Source of the DNA: a virus
Taxonomy: Duplodnaviria > Caudoviricetes
Direction: 5' to 3' (one strand)
Virus record (IMG/VR): IMGVR_UViG_3300014656_006075
Location: 1-50,573 of that record
Length of the DNA: 50,573 nucleotides
Each line of letters starts with the position of its first letter. Position 1 is the first letter of the stretch. Positions 19,505 to 30,127 of this stretch are shown piece after piece. The position numbers and the translations under genes were made by a program. The notes below the pieces were generated by a model. The model ran no database searches, had not been told where the DNA came from, and was given only the letters and a program-made list of their open reading frames with translations.

Positions 19505-20593
19505 TTATGGTAATTGGAATGATAATATTACACCTAAACCTTTTGCACCTGTACCAGCTACATCGACATCAATAGCAATAAAATCACCTGTTGAAACGTC
19601 ATCATAAGAAGCGTTTATAACAGGAGCCGTAACTGCTGATAGAGAAGAGTTTTCACTTGCATCAATAGTTATTCTGGTAGAAAGCATATCTTGTGTATCT
19701 GTAATATTCCTAACCTGAACCGTTGGCAAACCTGAGCTTGAAACAGTTGTTACAAATGCTTCACAATCAACTAGATTCATTCCGTTCAATTCTAATGGAA
19801 CCATAAATATGTATTTGCCATCACCTGTTGCAACGTCAGTAGCATCATCAAATACTTTGATAATGACAGCCTTCTTGTGATCGTGACTTGCATCAGCCTT
19901 GCCATTCCACGTTGACTTTTCAGTGTCAGTTGTAAACCTATTACTTGAATCCTGGGTAATAATACTTGGTGCATGACTCGCTGGATGTGTATAGTTATTA
20001 GCATCAGACGGAGCGTGTGCAGATCCAACGTGAGTTTGAATATTTGTGTTCTTTGGTTCATAAACAGTTGAGTGATTATGATCACCAGCAGCTTTACCGT
20101 TCCAGGTAGACTTTTCAGCATCAGTCACAAATCTATTATCTGTGTCCTGAGTTATGACTGAAGGTGAATGACTCGCTGGATGTGAGTAATTATTCGCGTC
20201 ACTCGGAGCATGAGTTGAATTCTTATGATCTGTATTCGCATCAACTTCAGCTTCCAGGTCAGCCATAAAGACTTCACTTACAATTAGAGCTACACCATAA
20301 TTGGTATCAGCCTTAATCGAAAGACTGGTTGTTGATCCTTCCTGTAATTCGGTTCCTGTTAATACCCTTACAGATTTAGAAGTTACAAGAAAGTAGTCTA
20401 TATCATTTGAAGACTTCCAGTTCTTAATCTTACTTGGATCAGGGTATAGAGTTTCATTCCAAATGAGAACAATGTAACTTCCCACTGTCGCAGGGTCATC
20501 GAATCTATCAGACTCGACCCCTGCATCAAATGTTATGTTAGTCCCATCGTATGAAACCACTGGGGAATAAGCTAAATTCTTGTATGCTTTCAT
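19505..20593 (-). CDS. Tail fibre protein
   Basis: His-rich fibre repeats HPASH...RFVTDAEKSTWNGK; C-terminal GDFIAIDVDVAGTGAKGL domain. Confidence 0.75.
   Translation of the reverse strand: MKAYKNLAYSPVVSYDGTNITFDAGVESDRFDDPATVGSYIVLIWNETLYPDPSKIKNWKSSNDIDYFLVTSKSVRVLTGTELQEGSTTSLSIKADTNYGVALIVSEVFMADLEAEVDANTDHKNSTHAPSDANNYSHPASHSPSVITQDTDNRFVTDAEKSTWNGKAAGDHNHSTVYEPKNTNIQTHVGSAHAPSDANNYTHPASHAPSIITQDSSNRFTTDTEKSTWNGKADASHDHKKAVIIKVFDDATDVATGDGKYIFMVPLELNGMNLVDCEAFVTTVSSSGLPTVQVRNITDTQDMLSTRITIDASENSSLSAVTAPVINASYDDVSTGDFIAIDVDVAGTGAKGLGVILSFQLP
19895..20212 (-). repeat. Duplicated 41-codon fibre repeat (195-bp period)
   Basis: HAPSDANNYxHPASHxPSxITQDxxNRFxTDxEKSTWNGKA twice. Confidence 0.85.
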
Positions 20594-20596
20594 TTA

Positions 20597-21022
20597 TTAC
20601 ACCTGGCTAATTTCTAAGACAACACCATCTTGAATTTGCAGAACGAAATCTGCCGCAATAGGAGTCTGTGGAAGCCCATCCTGAATATGTAAAAGTGGTG
20701 TACTGGTTGCAGGTGTACCTGTTGACTGGTAAATCACTGCCTGTTGAATCAGACCAGCATTTAATCCTACCCAACTTGGATCATCACAAGTCAACTGCAC
20801 CTTGTCATTTCCATCATCCTGGACAACTGTCTTAGTCGTCAGAGTAAATCCACCAGCAGTATAACCTGTGCCTGAGACTTCGCCAATAACATCAGTGAAA
20901 TCATGGTCCTTGTCAACCGTGTATGTGTTATCAAGTAACATCAATTTGAAAGTATCGGTATCCCAGTCAATTGTACCGTTGAAAAAGTTCGCCAATCCTT
21001 TGTTATAGATCTTGTTTGCCAT
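20597..21022 (-). CDS. Small virion/tail structural protein
   Basis: IDWDTDTFKLML...EVSGTGYTAGG motif of a widespread phage structural family. Confidence 0.7.
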   Translation of the reverse strand: MANKIYNKGLANFFNGTIDWDTDTFKLMLLDNTYTVDKDHDFTDVIGEVSGTGYTAGGFTLTTKTVVQDDGNDKVQLTCDDPSWVGLNAGLIQQAVIYQSTGTPATSTPLLHIQDGLPQTPIAADFVLQIQDGVVLEISQV

Positions 21023-21059
21023 AGTTCTTTTTCCTTATTTACGTGACTTGTTAATTGTA

Positions 21060-22145
21060 TTATTTACCATCATCTTTTTTACGTACTATCTTCTTTACTT
21101 TACCTGTCGTAGCCACTAACAATGTCCCGTTAGTTGCCCTGATTTGCTGGAATAACAATTCCATTACAGATAATTTGTTCCTTACTCTTAAATTGTCCAC
21201 TTCAAGCTCAACTACTTTTGGTCGATCTGAAGTCGTGTCAACATTATCTATTGAGGATAAAGCCCACCCATATCCACCAGCTCCAAGTCCTGATACTATA
21301 TTGCTAGAAAATGATTTTGACCCACTTCTTTGAATAAAGATTTCGCCCAGGAATCCATCACCACATCTTCCGTTCGGGAATGTCGTTGATGTACGAAGAT
21401 TAATATTCGCGCCTACTTCGTTAAATTTCCTTGCGTAAAGACTAACCCTTGTCCCAGGTACTGCGTCACTGGTCAACGCTCCAACCCAAAAACTCAGGTA
21501 GCTCGGGAAGGGTAATGATGTGATTATCTTTTCAACTCTCTCAACTCTTGGATCAATTGGAATGACCTCAAATACGAACCACTCTTTTACATAATTCGTA
21601 TAACTGTATTCAATCGGGTAGGGAGCCATCGAAAGAACTTTATATGGATCTCGTTGGTCTTCTTCAATTCTAGCCATAATAACATAGTTTGTGAACTTCG
21701 CTTTACTGCTACTATCCACTGTAACCCCATCAGCCTGAATCTCGTTTACGTACCCGCTTCCCACTCTATTTAATTGTAGGTCAACTCGGTATGTGCCAAC
21801 TTCGTCACCTTCCTCATGGATTATATTATTCCAGGACAGCTTTATATAATCGTTGCTCTCAGAAGTTTTTTCCCCATCGGTAGAGCTATTGTTAACTTGA
21901 ATGGGAGTTCCATTCAGCTTCAATATTTCTGCTTTTAATCCAGTCACTTCAATAGCGCGAACATGATCGTAGGTAGAAGTTATTCCAGCTATCTCAACAA
22001 CAGGAGTTACTGTTTTCGAAACAGGGGAGTAAGCCTTTAACGTAGCTTTCTTGCTGCCATTATCAGATAGTTCATCAATACGTTTATGTAAATATTGTAA
22101 CTGTCTATCAATCGCATCGTTTCCAGTTCTAGGACTTCTAGCCAT
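21060..22145 (-). CDS. Tail protein
   Basis: C-terminal ELEVDNLRVRNKLSVMELLFQQIRATNGTLLV motif. Confidence 0.65.
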   Translation of the reverse strand: MARSPRTGNDAIDRQLQYLHKRIDELSDNGSKKATLKAYSPVSKTVTPVVEIAGITSTYDHVRAIEVTGLKAEILKLNGTPIQVNNSSTDGEKTSESNDYIKLSWNNIIHEEGDEVGTYRVDLQLNRVGSGYVNEIQADGVTVDSSSKAKFTNYVIMARIEEDQRDPYKVLSMAPYPIEYSYTNYVKEWFVFEVIPIDPRVERVEKIITSLPFPSYLSFWVGALTSDAVPGTRVSLYARKFNEVGANINLRTSTTFPNGRCGDGFLGEIFIQRSGSKSFSSNIVSGLGAGGYGWALSSIDNVDTTSDRPKVVELEVDNLRVRNKLSVMELLFQQIRATNGTLLVATTGKVKKIVRKKDDGK

Positions 22146-24499
22146 TATCGTTTACCTGCCTTTCTCCTAAACACCAGAGTAACTGAGTTCGCGACTTTAT
22201 CACCAACTGAATCAGTGATCCTGAACTTTATCCATTTTGCTTGAGGATAGTCACCAGCAACTTTAATGTCATCATCTGTCAGTGTCACCCAATTTGTAGA
22301 ATTGGTCATGAATTCGATTTTAAGGCTACCAGTTGCATCAATGATCAACTTGTATAGATACTTCAACTGGCTGGATTCGTTCAAGCCTAGCTCACCTGAG
22401 ATCCATTCCCAGGGCATCCCTGCACCCTTACTGAGAATGTCATAGACTCCACTGTTAGATACCAGGTAAATGTCGCCCTTTGTACCTGTGAATAATCCTT
22501 TGATTAGACTAAGCCCACTGAATGAGTAATAGTCCCATCGTTTCTTTACAATGTTCACTACCCAGCAGGCAACTTCCGTTCCAGATGATAGGGCAAAGGC
22601 AAAGATGATTGACTGTCTTCTTGCATCGAATAATGTCCAACTATCAGTATAGGTCAAACCATGCCAGCTCTGAGTTCCATATTGTATTGGGTAAGAAACT
22701 GGTGTTACTTGGTTTTCAATTACTCCATAAGCGTTATTGCTATCATACCAGAAAAGCCCGTAATCAGTGACTATCAGGGAGTCCTTACTTGAGCAGCCTA
22801 TATTCGGAAATGTATCCTCAATATATAAGCCAGTAGGATTAATTCTGTATGTATTAAACTTTGTGAACACGTAAACCCTGCCATTGTAACTTGCCATAGC
22901 AGTAGGCTTGTCAGGTAATTTCAGATAGTCATTAGTCCAATTGAACTGTTGATACCTGAATGGCAATGATTTGAATATCATATATGGTGCATCAGGAAGT
23001 TCTTGCTGCATACATTGACCAACGAACAATTCATTATTCAGCTCACAGGCTAATCCCCATGTAACTGAAAAATCTGAAAGGTCTTCACTGATCCCTGAGC
23101 TATCTTCGAAAGTTGGACCAATGTTCCCGTAGTCGAAAAACGTCAAAACTTTATCTGGTCCTGAATTACTCCATCTACCTTGGTTAATAGAGTATGATCC
23201 CACTAAGCGGAATTCTTCGCTAGGGACAGTTGAGTGCATTGCTGCTTCAGCCCGATATATATTAATCCCAGTTACTCGCTTGTCTAAAGAAGCGTAATTT
23301 TTGATTCTACACTCTATCCTTCCCTTACTTGCACCAGTATAGATGTTGATAGGAGTGACGTTTTTCTTAGCTAAAGGAGATTCGTGTAATCCGTTATATA
23401 TAAGGCTATGCGTATATAAATATGTCGTATTCTTTTGGAATATTTCGCCTGGGTAATTATGGTTCCCAGTTATCTTAATAATTTCAGAGCTTGCAAAGTT
23501 GCTATACTCAACATTAGACACAGCTAAAGATTCAGCATTGGCGTTCGCAATGCTTACTGTCCAGGTGTCACCAGCAGCCCACCCAAGGAGTGTTCCAAAT
23601 TGAACAGATAATCCTTGTCCAAGATCGTAGGATTGTCCGCTTTCTAATAGTTTCGAAGTACCGTTGATCTTGATTGTCGTTTGATTATCAATCTTGTATG
23701 AGCCTGATCCCGCCTTGATATAATCAAAGGCTACACCGTCAGTTAATTCTCTGGAATACCAATAGGGAGCATCAAGGTAAACCACATCACCTACTGTCTT
23801 AGCAACCATCATTTCCGCACTGACAGGCATATAAACTGCACCTGTAAATCCACCAGAGTATATGAATAGTTCGTAGCTCAACAGTATCGTTTGTCCAGCA
23901 GCTAATCCATGCCCTGCATAGGTAAACATAAAATAATCATCATCACTTACAGTAATATTAAACCCAGAGGCTTCGACATCAGTTACACTTGCTATCTCGA
24001 TTGTCTTGGTCCCGCCATAAGAGGTTATAGCTCCATTGATTTCAAACTCGTCAACTCCTGAATTACCCGATCCTTCAGTTACCAACGTAGCCCAGGGAGT
24101 GAAATCATTATAAAAGAGTTCGCTTACTGCATCACCAGATCCAACGAATACAGATCTGTTTGAAGGAACCAATGTACAAGCTGAAACTGCAATCCCAGGG
24201 TCAGCAAGATTGTGAGAACCGTAATAGTCTTCAATGTACTTTATAGCTGATCCGTCATGGAACACCATCGTTTCAGTATCATCAGATTTCTTCAACCATA
24301 CAGCTCTTTTTGCTGTCTTGGCATCTTGTTTGTCGCCATCAGCAAGCAATGGCTTAGGGATACCTTTCAGTTTTCCTTCAGCAAATACCGATTCAATATT
24401 CTTCGATGATGAAGCAGCATTAGCAGGAATATCCTTACTGTCTGGATTCCTCATAATACCCATATTGAAAGTCTCTATATTTAACGTATCTTTACTCAT
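22145..24499 (-). CDS. Tail nozzle/stabilisation protein (P22 gp10 / tubular B-like)
   Basis: 784 aa, N-terminal FNMGI, beta-propeller-like repeats, IGCSSKDS, position after adaptors. Confidence 0.7.
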   Translation of the reverse strand: MSKDTLNIETFNMGIMRNPDSKDIPANAASSSKNIESVFAEGKLKGIPKPLLADGDKQDAKTAKRAVWLKKSDDTETMVFHDGSAIKYIEDYYGSHNLADPGIAVSACTLVPSNRSVFVGSGDAVSELFYNDFTPWATLVTEGSGNSGVDEFEINGAITSYGGTKTIEIASVTDVEASGFNITVSDDDYFMFTYAGHGLAAGQTILLSYELFIYSGGFTGAVYMPVSAEMMVAKTVGDVVYLDAPYWYSRELTDGVAFDYIKAGSGSYKIDNQTTIKINGTSKLLESGQSYDLGQGLSVQFGTLLGWAAGDTWTVSIANANAESLAVSNVEYSNFASSEIIKITGNHNYPGEIFQKNTTYLYTHSLIYNGLHESPLAKKNVTPINIYTGASKGRIECRIKNYASLDKRVTGINIYRAEAAMHSTVPSEEFRLVGSYSINQGRWSNSGPDKVLTFFDYGNIGPTFEDSSGISEDLSDFSVTWGLACELNNELFVGQCMQQELPDAPYMIFKSLPFRYQQFNWTNDYLKLPDKPTAMASYNGRVYVFTKFNTYRINPTGLYIEDTFPNIGCSSKDSLIVTDYGLFWYDSNNAYGVIENQVTPVSYPIQYGTQSWHGLTYTDSWTLFDARRQSIIFAFALSSGTEVACWVVNIVKKRWDYYSFSGLSLIKGLFTGTKGDIYLVSNSGVYDILSKGAGMPWEWISGELGLNESSQLKYLYKLIIDATGSLKIEFMTNSTNWVTLTDDDIKVAGDYPQAKWIKFRITDSVGDKVANSVTLVFRRKAGKR

Positions 24500-25014
24500 T
24501 AGTCTGTCTCGTATAATCTATTTAGCCAGCCAGCACGATACTTTTCGCTCGTAGGTCTGTTCTTAATTATTTCATCGTATTCTGAAGAAGACATGAAGAT
24601 AAACAGACTGTAAAGCGAAGGTTGATATCTAACTCTGTTAATAGCAGAAATAGTTTTTCCACCTATCAGTCCATCCTCAATTAAGTTTTCCATGTACCAT
24701 CTATTCAAAGTCTTCTGAACTGTCTTCACAGGTTTCTTAAATGTTTTCTGTCCTTTCGGAGAAGTGTTGAATCCTATGTCAAAGATTTTAATTGCTAATC
24801 TTTCGCTTTTAATCTGGTCGTAAGCAGGCAACCAGAAGTCACTAAAAGCCAGCTCTTTAGCCCTCTCAATAGTCAGATTCTTTATATCTTCATCAGGATA
24901 TGATCTCTTACTGAATCCCCATCTGGTTTCACCACCTGGATCGTCAGGATCATTTACGTATCCCTTTTCACGTTTCATTAATTTCGGGAATGCTATTTCG
25001 AATCTTTCTGTCAC
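24499..25014 (-). CDS. Endolysin, glycoside hydrolase family 108
   Basis: EKGYVNDPDDPGGETRWG, DGLIGGKT, GWLNR. Confidence 0.9.
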   Translation of the reverse strand: MTERFEIAFPKLMKREKGYVNDPDDPGGETRWGFSKRSYPDEDIKNLTIERAKELAFSDFWLPAYDQIKSERLAIKIFDIGFNTSPKGQKTFKKPVKTVQKTLNRWYMENLIEDGLIGGKTISAINRVRYQPSLYSLFIFMSSSEYDEIIKNRPTSEKYRAGWLNRLYETD

Positions 25015-25436
25015 GACTGTACCCCTTTAATTTTTTCATCGGTTCGTCTGAATGAATACACACTCGCTACACCACCCCAAGCGTACCAAAACTCAGAAGG
25101 AAGATCGATGCTTGGTAATGATCCACCAGTAAAATGAGCTATCCAAGGGAGTATTATGTAGTTAGTAAACAAGGCGAATAAGCCACCATAAAGAATCGTT
25201 GGTCTGGCTCGTTTCACGTAATTATCTTTCTGCTCTAACTCAGCTACCATCACCTTAGCTTTGGCATCCACAACTGTTTTCTCATACTCCAATGCGTTCA
25301 ATTTTGCAGCATTTTCAATTTGTAATAACTCATTCTTCAGTTTTAGTTTTTCTTCATCTGAGGTACTGAGATTGTCAATCAAATTTGTAATCGGACTAAT
25401 AATCGTCCCGACTAATCCTAAAATTCCTTCAAACAT
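25011..25436 (-). CDS. Holin (3TM/GTA-type)
   Basis: TSDEEKLK coiled coil, RARP, TM helices; adjacent to lysin. Confidence 0.8.
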   Translation of the reverse strand: MFEGILGLVGTIISPITNLIDNLSTSDEEKLKLKNELLQIENAAKLNALEYEKTVVDAKAKVMVAELEQKDNYVKRARPTILYGGLFALFTNYIILPWIAHFTGGSLPSIDLPSEFWYAWGGVASVYSFRRTDEKIKGVQS

Positions 25437-25699
25437 TACATAGCTCCCATTTTACTTAATGCGAATACAAGTCCCAGAATGATCGTGATCTGAGCAGCTA
25501 ACGAAACAGCTTTTTTCCAGTATGCATACGGACTCATTGAGTTGTAAACCCTTTGCTCAAAGTCAGCGCGTTCATATCGTACCTTAGCACCCCCGCCATT
25601 TCGCACGTAGACATACTTAACCAAGTCTCGGACTTCAGTCATTAAGGTTTCTAAATTTTCTAACTCTTCGCCTTTAGTGCATTCGTGTTCATTCATCAT
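25436..25699 (-). CDS. Small membrane-anchored protein in lysis cluster
   Basis: Start reset to MMNEHEC after AAGGA; C-terminal TM helix. Confidence 0.6.
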   Translation of the reverse strand: MMNEHECTKGEELENLETLMTEVRDLVKYVYVRNGGGAKVRYERADFEQRVYNSMSPYAYWKKAVSLAAQITIILGLVFALSKMGAM

Positions 25700-26297
25700 C
25701 AGTTCCTTGGAAATGCCATTCCGATTTATCATTTCTTGAATTTGCTTCTTTCTTCGCGTCAATTACTTGTTCTCTATATTCACTCTTCCAGTACCTAACC
25801 ATGTTGCGATCAATGCCTAGCATGTTAGTTCCAGTAGTGTATGAAGCCATTGTCACAGGAGTTCTTGCATACAGCTTCTCAAGGATCTTAGCTATAATGG
25901 CATCGGAGTATTTTTCAGGAATTGTCAGAGAGCTTGTTTTGCCCGTCAATGGTGTTGGCTTTGCGTAATACTCCAACTCAATGCTTGTGACAGGTGAAGG
26001 GATAGCTGTAATTGTGGTATTGTCAATCTGTATGACAACGAATTTGCCATTAATCATGACGATCTTGAAAAGCGTCTCAATGGTACTACCATTTTCAACT
26101 ATAAATTTGTAATTATCAATCTTCTCAAAATCAGTCGGGAGATCTGTTTCGACTTCCGTTAAGCTAATTACTTTCCTGATTATGCCAGTCTCTGAAGCAA
26201 ATTTTTCTTCAGTCTGATTGGACATAGAAAGCAATTGAGTTATTCCCATTCTTGGGAATGTCATTTGTACTGTTTCGATTATATGCTGTAATGTCAT
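25689..26297 (-). CDS. Head-tail adaptor/ring protein
   Basis: MTLQHIIETV, LPTDF, IELEYYAKP, IPEKYSDAI pattern. Confidence 0.7.
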   Translation of the reverse strand: MTLQHIIETVQMTFPRMGITQLLSMSNQTEEKFASETGIIRKVISLTEVETDLPTDFEKIDNYKFIVENGSTIETLFKIVMINGKFVVIQIDNTTITAIPSPVTSIELEYYAKPTPLTGKTSSLTIPEKYSDAIIAKILEKLYARTPVTMASYTTGTNMLGIDRNMVRYWKSEYREQVIDAKKEANSRNDKSEWHFQGTDDE

Positions 26298-27406
26298 TAT
26301 CTACTCGTAGTTAAGTTGTATTCATTCCTCAGCGAAGGAATCAACTGCAACATAGCTTGAGCTGTCTGGATACTTGCAGCTCTCAACCCTGCTTCTTCCT
26401 GAATTTGTGCTGAGTATATCTGTACGTTTGATTGGAATTGTTCTAATTTTGTACGGTATTCAGTAACCTTTGCTTCGTAACTTTTTGCAGCATTGAACTG
26501 CTTCTCTGTCAAGTCTTTCTTAAATTCTTGGTCATACACAGCCGCAAGTTTCTGCTGCTGAACTCTTAATTCTTCAATTGCCTTCTGGATCTTTGCCTGG
26601 TAAACCACGTTATCTTTATTGAAGTTATTCAATCTCTCATACTGTGATTTCTGGAACTCGTTTAATTCAAGCCCAGCCTTACTTGAAAACGCCTGTACCA
26701 TTTCAGCATCATCTTGTGATAAACTTGCATCCATTCCTGTGTAACTGATTGTTGTATCATCCACTGTGTAAGTCGGGACATTTGAGTCTACCAGTGTGTG
26801 ATCCAAAGTAAGGGGAGTAACCCCGTTAACTCCATCGAAGTAAATTGTAGATAATGCTATTTTGTCATCATCAGTTAATGCGAAATCTGGCGTGCCAATA
26901 AAGACAGGTATGCCAATAGCAGAAGTGCTAATACTTCGAAGGGAATCACTAAATGCTTTGATAGCTGCTTGAATCGAGCCATACAAAACAGTAGCCTGAA
27001 TCATGTGAGAATTGTACTTGCCTAACGTTGTTCCTGTAACCGAGACAGTTGGAAATTTTATCAGTTCAATATCACCACCACCAGGCAGGATATACACTTT
27101 GCCATTGGAATAATAATGAACAGGGGAATCTTCAGTCGCAAACCACATGGACTTCGGATCTGATGCTAGAGCCTTTTGATCAATAGGTATGTTGATTGTA
27201 GGCTGATTAGCTTTATGCACATGCTTTATCAACCCGTTAACTGTATAACCATCCACAGTAACAGCAGCCGATTCAGAGATCTGATCGAAATAACGTTCAC
27301 CTAGTTTCCTGGCAACATCTTCAGAACCAGCTTCAAGCCATGCTTTCAATGCTGTTGTATCTGAACTAATGCCTATGTATGATTCAACTGTACCCTGTAA
27401 GCTCAT
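26297..27406 (-). CDS. Adaptor-like virion protein with long coiled coil
   Basis: SPVHYYSNGKVYILP; Q/E/K-rich C-terminus; downstream of capsid. Confidence 0.6.
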   Translation of the reverse strand: MSLQGTVESYIGISSDTTALKAWLEAGSEDVARKLGERYFDQISESAAVTVDGYTVNGLIKHVHKANQPTINIPIDQKALASDPKSMWFATEDSPVHYYSNGKVYILPGGGDIELIKFPTVSVTGTTLGKYNSHMIQATVLYGSIQAAIKAFSDSLRSISTSAIGIPVFIGTPDFALTDDDKIALSTIYFDGVNGVTPLTLDHTLVDSNVPTYTVDDTTISYTGMDASLSQDDAEMVQAFSSKAGLELNEFQKSQYERLNNFNKDNVVYQAKIQKAIEELRVQQQKLAAVYDQEFKKDLTEKQFNAAKSYEAKVTEYRTKLEQFQSNVQIYSAQIQEEAGLRAASIQTAQAMLQLIPSLRNEYNLTTSR

Positions 27407-27420
27407 TCTCTATCCTTTGG

Positions 27421-27445
27421 AATATAAGGGGAGCCGAAGCCCCCC
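27421..27445 (-). terminator. Intrinsic terminator after capsid genes
   Basis: GGGGGGC-UUCG-GCUCCCC-UUAUAUU. Confidence 0.75.
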
Positions 27446-27451
27446 ATTATT

Positions 27452-27835
27452 TTAGCCGAATATTTTGGCTGTGATTGTGTTCAGTGATTCATCTACATCC
27501 ACTGTATACCTGATTAGGTAGTATGGAGCAGGGTATTCATTAAGATCCACGACACCAGAAACCAGAGTGTCATCTGTAATGTCAGCTACGAGAGCATCTT
27601 TCAAAAGGAATGGAGTTGATCCATCCGCTTTCAATGATCCGCATAACGCCACATCGATATTAGTTCCTGTTACAGCAGAAGCCTGAAATTGGAAACCTAT
27701 TGTCCTAGCTTCTTTTGAAAGGTCAGGACGAAGATCCTTTATCACATCAGAATACCCAGAGCCAGCAGCTGCGGGCAAAGCGACATTTTCATCTGCCACA
27801 TACATCCTGTTTATTACGTCATCATTCCAGCTCAT
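27452..27835 (-). CDS. Putative capsid decoration protein
   Basis: 127-aa beta-rich ORF directly after the major capsid gene. Confidence 0.55.
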   Translation of the reverse strand: MSWNDDVINRMYVADENVALPAAAGSGYSDVIKDLRPDLSKEARTIGFQFQASAVTGTNIDVALCGSLKADGSTPFLLKDALVADITDDTLVSGVVDLNEYPAPYYLIRYTVDVDESLNTITAKIFG

Positions 27836-27838
27836 AGA

Positions 27839-29161
27839 TTACGCTCCCTGCTTAATGGTCATGATCTGATGATTTTCTATTAACGTCATACCGACACCTT
27901 CATCAGAGAAGTATCTGTCTTTAACGCCATCATAACCGTTATCAGTTTTGATGTTATGGTCGAAACGGGAAGCCCTGTATGTTGCATGGAAAATGTTCGC
28001 CATGTCAGGGATACAGATTGTTTGATTGTAGTTTCCTCTCAACGCTTTAGTTGGAGTTAAGTGTAGATCTCCATGAGGGGTTGAAAGAATACGTACATTG
28101 AAACCAAGCTTGTTTCTTTTCTTATCTGAAAGTTCTATATCCCAACCTGCACCACCAGCTACGCGAGAAGCAGCTAACAGTTTAGACCAGAAACCAAGCG
28201 CACCACGTCCAGAGAAACCAAATTTCGTATCACCATCGGCAGAGTTTGTGAATATCTTCTCGAACTGATCAACAGAGTTAGAATAGTCGTAAGCAGCACC
28301 ATTGATTGAGAAACGGTTTTGATTGTCACCAGAGTCAGAACCATAAGTCTCTACGATTGGGATAAATCCCATTGTAGTTCTTACGACCTTACCATCGGAG
28401 TCAGTCAACTTACCGTCTACAAAACTGTTAGCCCCAGACATATTAGTACCAAGTGGCGACCAACCTTTAAGCCATGTATCTTCCTTTTGAAGAGAGTGAA
28501 GCATCTGCTTATCTTTACGGAGTCTAGCAAGTTCGTTGCTATAACCTTTAAGAGCAGCTTCGTACAAAGTTCCTGTAACTTCAACAGGTGTTTCAAAGAT
28601 TTGGCATTGGTTCTGAACTAAGGTTAGTTCGTCAGCCCATGCTTCTCTTGAATATCCACCTTCACCATTTGCGTTACCAGTAACAACGAAATAGTCATCG
28701 TTAGCTAACACGATAGCAATTGGAGAAGTCAGTTTGAATTTTACTTTAGTGCCATCTGTTACAGATAATAGATATGCACCACCTTTTTTAACGCCATCTT
28801 TTGACCAGACATCGAACGTGAAGTTCTTGTAAGAGTCATCAGCTGTATTGTTTTTCTCACCAGCAAGACCAAGAGTAGTACCATCCTTGATAGTGACATC
28901 TGCTGAAGCTGTTCTGTCAGCGGGAATTGTAACATTACTTGTTACTTGAAATTGCATCTTTAGGACACCAGTTCTATGTTCGAACATCTTGAACATTGGA
29001 TCTGGAATCCCTGTCTTCGTATTCCCATGCATAATAGCAGTAGTATACGGTGTTATATCTGTGTGTAACTCCCTGGTGAAATTCGGGTCCATTAAGACAT
29101 TACGTCTTTCTAGCATCAATGTACCAAGAGCGCCACCAGCAAATAGTGTTTTAGCACTCAT
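27839..29161 (-). CDS. Major capsid protein (SU10/DUF5309-like)
   Basis: ITPYT, FKMFEHR, NQCQIFET, RTTMG, STPHGDL; follows portal and scaffold. Confidence 0.8.
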   Translation of the reverse strand: MSAKTLFAGGALGTLMLERRNVLMDPNFTRELHTDITPYTTAIMHGNTKTGIPDPMFKMFEHRTGVLKMQFQVTSNVTIPADRTASADVTIKDGTTLGLAGEKNNTADDSYKNFTFDVWSKDGVKKGGAYLLSVTDGTKVKFKLTSPIAIVLANDDYFVVTGNANGEGGYSREAWADELTLVQNQCQIFETPVEVTGTLYEAALKGYSNELARLRKDKQMLHSLQKEDTWLKGWSPLGTNMSGANSFVDGKLTDSDGKVVRTTMGFIPIVETYGSDSGDNQNRFSINGAAYDYSNSVDQFEKIFTNSADGDTKFGFSGRGALGFWSKLLAASRVAGGAGWDIELSDKKRNKLGFNVRILSTPHGDLHLTPTKALRGNYNQTICIPDMANIFHATYRASRFDHNIKTDNGYDGVKDRYFSDEGVGMTLIENHQIMTIKQGA

Positions 29162-29175
29162 AATCTTTATCCTTG

Positions 29176-30117
29176 TTAATAGGTCTCAAATAGTTTCCCA
29201 GTATTGCCAGCCAAATCTTTATAAAAGTTATTTTGGAATTGATCGCCATTGGGTTGATTGTTTCCACTTCCGTTTGCGGTAGTAATACCAGCACCGTAAG
29301 TATGGTTGTTGTTTCTAGCAGCTAACTGAGCAGCTTTGTCACGAACACTTTGAGCGTTGTTTTGAGCTGAGTTAACGCGCCCTTTCTTGAAGTTGTAATA
29401 CTCAACAAGATTGGGAATCGACATAGAGTTGGGATCGGACATATCCTTTATGAAGTCATTCACGTCATTGCCTTGGAGTCCATAGCCAAGGGTCAATTCA
29501 TTGCGAAGATTATTCATAGCGTGGTCCTGTTCAGTAACTTGTGCCGACTCTGTGCGTAATTTTGCAAAGTCTTCACGTTCTCTTCTTAATCCTTCCATCT
29601 GATAGTCGTACATCTGATCCCTGAACAGGTCATTTGCCTGTCTGAATTTGTATGATTCACTAGAAGGGTCAGAGACTGCTTCTATCTCATTGAAATTCTG
29701 GGGTCTACTTGGTCTGGCTGGTACTTTTAGCTGATTGTCTTGGACAGCATCAGCAGGCTTGCCAGCAAATACTTGTTGTAGCAATGCAGGGTTGCTTTGT
29801 AAATGTTTTGCAACAGCTACGAAACTTGGGTCAACACCTTCGTACTGAGTTTTCAATTGGGAGAATTCATTATTGAGCTTGTCGTGTTTCTGTTGCCAAT
29901 ACTGAAATCTTTTTTCCTCACCACTTAGATTTTGATTTGGATCTGTAACAGCATCCGCGTTAACAGGATTGTTATCAGTCATAAAATTTGCTGGATTATT
30001 AAAATCCATGTTATCGTTACTTAACTGGTCATTACCAATTGCCGTATTGTTCGGAGTCAGATTATCCTGAGAATCCGCGGCAGCATTAGGTATGTCTTCA
30101 GTGTCAAAAAAGCCCAT
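29176..30117 (-). CDS. Scaffolding protein
   Basis: Acidic, N-rich disordered N-terminus and coiled coils; between portal and capsid. Confidence 0.7.
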   Translation of the reverse strand: MGFFDTEDIPNAAADSQDNLTPNNTAIGNDQLSNDNMDFNNPANFMTDNNPVNADAVTDPNQNLSGEEKRFQYWQQKHDKLNNEFSQLKTQYEGVDPSFVAVAKHLQSNPALLQQVFAGKPADAVQDNQLKVPARPSRPQNFNEIEAVSDPSSESYKFRQANDLFRDQMYDYQMEGLRREREDFAKLRTESAQVTEQDHAMNNLRNELTLGYGLQGNDVNDFIKDMSDPNSMSIPNLVEYYNFKKGRVNSAQNNAQSVRDKAAQLAARNNNHTYGAGITTANGSGNNQPNGDQFQNNFYKDLAGNTGKLFETY

Positions 30118-30127
30118 CGTGTTATCC

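Noticed and set aside
19895-20212. DGR template/variable repeat pair
   Set aside because: In-frame fibre duplication with mostly synonymous differences; no reverse transcriptase seen
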